Source of the DNA: an uncultured delta proteobacterium
Lineage (GTDB): Bacteria > Desulfobacterota > Desulfobacteria > Desulfobacterales > UBA2156
Assembly: GCA_963736855.1 (NCBI GenBank)
Contig: CAVTQK010000023.1
Coordinates: 64,001 to 128,000 of the forward strand
Direction of reading: 5' to 3'
Length of the DNA: 64,000 bases
Translations under genes and position numbers: made by a program
The notes under the pieces: model-generated
The model's database searches: none
Told to the model about the DNA's origin: nothing
The model's input: only the letters and a program-made list of their open reading frames with translations
Part shown: positions 61,900-64,000 of the stretch, one piece after another
How positions within the stretch are numbered: position 1 is the stretch's first letter
Layout: each line of letters begins with the position of its first letter

Positions 61900-62331
61900 T
61901 TAATCTACACCCAACTCCCGCATTTTTAAAACAATATCCTTTTCGCTCATGAATCCCAGGTGACGAAAGACTTCATCCCCCTTTTCATTGAAGAAAATCT
62001 GGGTAGGAATGGCCCGGATCTTAAATCGCTGGGCCTGGTCCCGATGTTTCCAGACATCGATGACAACGACTTCCGCCTTTCCCTGATATCTTTCCTTGAT
62101 CTTTTCTAGGACCGGAGCCATCATTTTACAGGGGATACAACTGTTGGATCCCAGATCGATGAGGGTCACTTTTCCTTTGACCGGCAATGAGTCAAAGCCC
62201 ATCGAACCCTCCGTCCCCGATGCAATAAATATCGTGCTCGACAATCCGAAGATGATGAAAAAAAAGGTCGCAACCAAGGAAAGGGGAGCCGGTTGGAGCC
62301 TTCTTCGAATTTTTTTAAGACGGCTATCCAC
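61900..62331 (-). CDS. Membrane-anchored thioredoxin-family protein
   Basis: DLGSNSCIPCKMM, IRAIPTQIFF. Confidence 0.9.
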   Translation of the reverse strand: MDSRLKKIRRRLQPAPLSLVATFFFIIFGLSSTIFIASGTEGSMGFDSLPVKGKVTLIDLGSNSCIPCKMMAPVLEKIKERYQGKAEVVVIDVWKHRDQAQRFKIRAIPTQIFFNEKGDEVFRHLGFMSEKDIVLKMRELGVD

Positions 62332-62420
62332 AACAGGATCCTTTCTCTCTTTTTATGGATTCAATCCCCGGCGCAGTACAACAATCTTCAGTCATGATCT
62401 TCTGCTTTGATTACGGCTTT

Positions 62421-62654
62421 TTATTTTCCGATCCAGGCTTTTACTTCCTGCTTTGACGGAATCTTTCCCACGCTTTTCACTTCGCCGTTCACCACTACGG
62501 CAGGCGTTCCGAAGACCCCGTAACTCGAAATTTCCAGAATGTTCGTCACCTTCACCACGGATGCGTCCACACCCGACTCCTGCACGGCTTCCTTGACGAT
62601 CTTTTCGGTCTGCTGACATTTGGGACAACCCGGTCCCAGTATTTTAATTTCCAT
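62421..62654 (-). CDS. Small redox-active disulfide protein (MTH895/Thioredoxin_3 type)
   Basis: IKILGPGCPKC...YGVFGTPAVVVNG. Confidence 0.92.
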   Translation of the reverse strand: MEIKILGPGCPKCQQTEKIVKEAVQESGVDASVVKVTNILEISSYGVFGTPAVVVNGEVKSVGKIPSKQEVKAWIGK

Positions 62655-62666
62655 AGTAGGTTTCTT

Positions 62667-63173
62667 TCATGATCGGTTTTGTATGTTTTCTGCAAGCATT
62701 TTCTTGAGCGCCGCTTTGGACGGCACTTTCCCAACGAATCGGACCTGTCCATTGATCACCAGAGCCGGGGTCCCCATCACACCGAACTCTGAAATCGCCA
62801 CCGGATCGCGGACATGTTCAACATCTGCCGGGAGTTCAAGTTCCCCCAAAATCACCAAGACGGCCCGTTCAAGGGCGTCACAGTTGGGACATCCCGGTCC
62901 TAGAATTTTGATTTGAAGTCCTGCCGTCTCTTCTTCCGGCACGGGATCGCCGATAAACTTCTTGTACTCCCGAAGCAGTGCTTTTCGATACGGACTCCTC
63001 GCGCTGTCAGCAATGAAATTTTTCTTGGAAACCCTGGATAAAAGGACTTCCTGGATTTCTTCATCCGAATTGCCTCTTAAGCTTTCGGCAATCTCCTTGA
63101 GGGTCTCGTTTAACCCGATGATGCCGACCCGGTTTCCATCGACAAGAATCTGAGTCACCGATGCCGTTGACAT
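62667..63173 (-). CDS. Thioredoxin_3-type protein with extra N-terminal domain
   Basis: IKILGPGCPNC...GVMGTPALVING in the C-half. Confidence 0.88.
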   Translation of the reverse strand: MSTASVTQILVDGNRVGIIGLNETLKEIAESLRGNSDEEIQEVLLSRVSKKNFIADSARSPYRKALLREYKKFIGDPVPEEETAGLQIKILGPGCPNCDALERAVLVILGELELPADVEHVRDPVAISEFGVMGTPALVINGQVRFVGKVPSKAALKKMLAENIQNRS

Positions 63174-63191
63174 GGCATCCCTCCCTTTCGT

Positions 63192-64000
63192 TTACCCAAA
63201 GAACGCCCCGAAAATCATCCCCGAGATCGTCGCCATGACTACCACCAGACTGACATAAGCGACCGTCTTCTGGGTCCCCAGAATGCTGCGGATAACCAGC
63301 ATACTGGGCAGGCTCAGGGCGGGACCGGCCAGAAGGAGGGCCAGCGCCGGTCCCTTTCCCATGCCCGCCCCGATCAATCCTTGCAAAATCGGTACTTCGG
63401 TTAAAGTGGCAAAGTACATGAATGCCCCCACCACCGAAGCAAAGAGGTTGGCCCACAGGGAATTGCCCCCCACCAGATCACTCACCCATCGGGAGGGAAT
63501 CAGACCTTCCGAACCCGGTCTTCCCAACAGGAACCCGGCGACAAGAACCCCACCCAGGAGCAGCGGCAGGATCTGTTTGGCAAAATCCCAGGAGGATAAA
63601 AACCATGTTTCCGACTCACCCCGACTGGTGGTCAATAGCACCACAAAAGCAACGATACCGATGGAAAATGCGATCAGCGGCTCATGAGGAAATACGAAAG
63701 CCAAGGCAGTGACGACGACAACGGCCACGAACAGTTTGAATAGGCGAACCCGCATCCAGAAAACGAGCATCCCTCCCAGCACCAGGGCGAATCCTCCGGT
63801 GAGGTACCATTTTATCGAAAATACCTTGCCCCAAAACGAACCCGCCTGTTCGGGACGTCCCCACGTGGCAGAGATGAGAAGCCCCACCATAGCGGCGAAA
63901 AAAAGGGCATTCTGCCACAACGGCCGTTCGACCTCCGGTTCCGGCATATACATGGCGGCGGCCACCTTGGCCTGTTCTTCCTTTCGATACAGAAGGTGCA
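63192..64000 (-). CDS. ArsP-like (DUF318) permease, 5' end outside window
   Basis: MYFATLTEVP, GPALALLLAGPALSLPSM. The frame is open to the window edge. Confidence 0.88.
   Translation of the reverse strand, partial: HLLYRKEEQAKVAAAMYMPEPEVERPLWQNALFFAAMVGLLISATWGRPEQAGSFWGKVFSIKWYLTGGFALVLGGMLVFWMRVRLFKLFVAVVVVTALAFVFPHEPLIAFSIGIVAFVVLLTTSRGESETWFLSSWDFAKQILPLLLGGVLVAGFLLGRPGSEGLIPSRWVSDLVGGNSLWANLFASVVGAFMYFATLTEVPILQGLIGAGMGKGPALALLLAGPALSLPSMLVIRSILGTQKTVAYVSLVVVMATISGMIFGAFFG

Noticed and set aside
1..64000. CRISPR array, tRNA, rRNA, transposase or integrase, prophage
   Set aside because: None was recognised by eye. The phage-like genes are T6SS components.

Overview
This looks like DNA from a deltaproteobacterium-like (Desulfobacterota-type) organism, inferred from gene content, and it has three blocks. 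(1) 1-10.9 kb: a BamA/TamA-like POTRA protein (partial) and TamB, divergent from a TolC-adaptor-MacB-type ABC operon. (2) 11-51.6 kb: a type VI secretion system (tssJKLM-tagF-tssABC-hcp-tssEFG-clpV-vgrG-PAAR). It carries two LysM/PG-binding + variable-effector cassettes and an unusual accessory set: an FHA-less TagH C-terminal protein, an FHA-lytic transglycosylase fusion, a TIR-like protein, a TssB-TssC fusion, a double-FHA membrane protein, a trypsin-like protease, a Ser/Thr kinase with PEGA, and three CsgG/FlgO-domain proteins. (3) 51.9-64 kb: a metal/arsenic/thiol-redox cluster (tpx, ArsR, ABC, HD-GYP, acr3, CDF-MauE, rhodanese, ccdA, thioredoxins, ArsP-like permease), which includes a probable UGA-readthrough selenoprotein. 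Several genes (clpV twice, vgrG, PAAR, second LysM gene, the Ig-domain gene) are split by single-base indels; the sequence alone cannot tell assembly error from real decay. No rRNA, tRNA, CRISPR array or intact transposase was recognised. All family calls come from reading motifs by eye, not from database searches.
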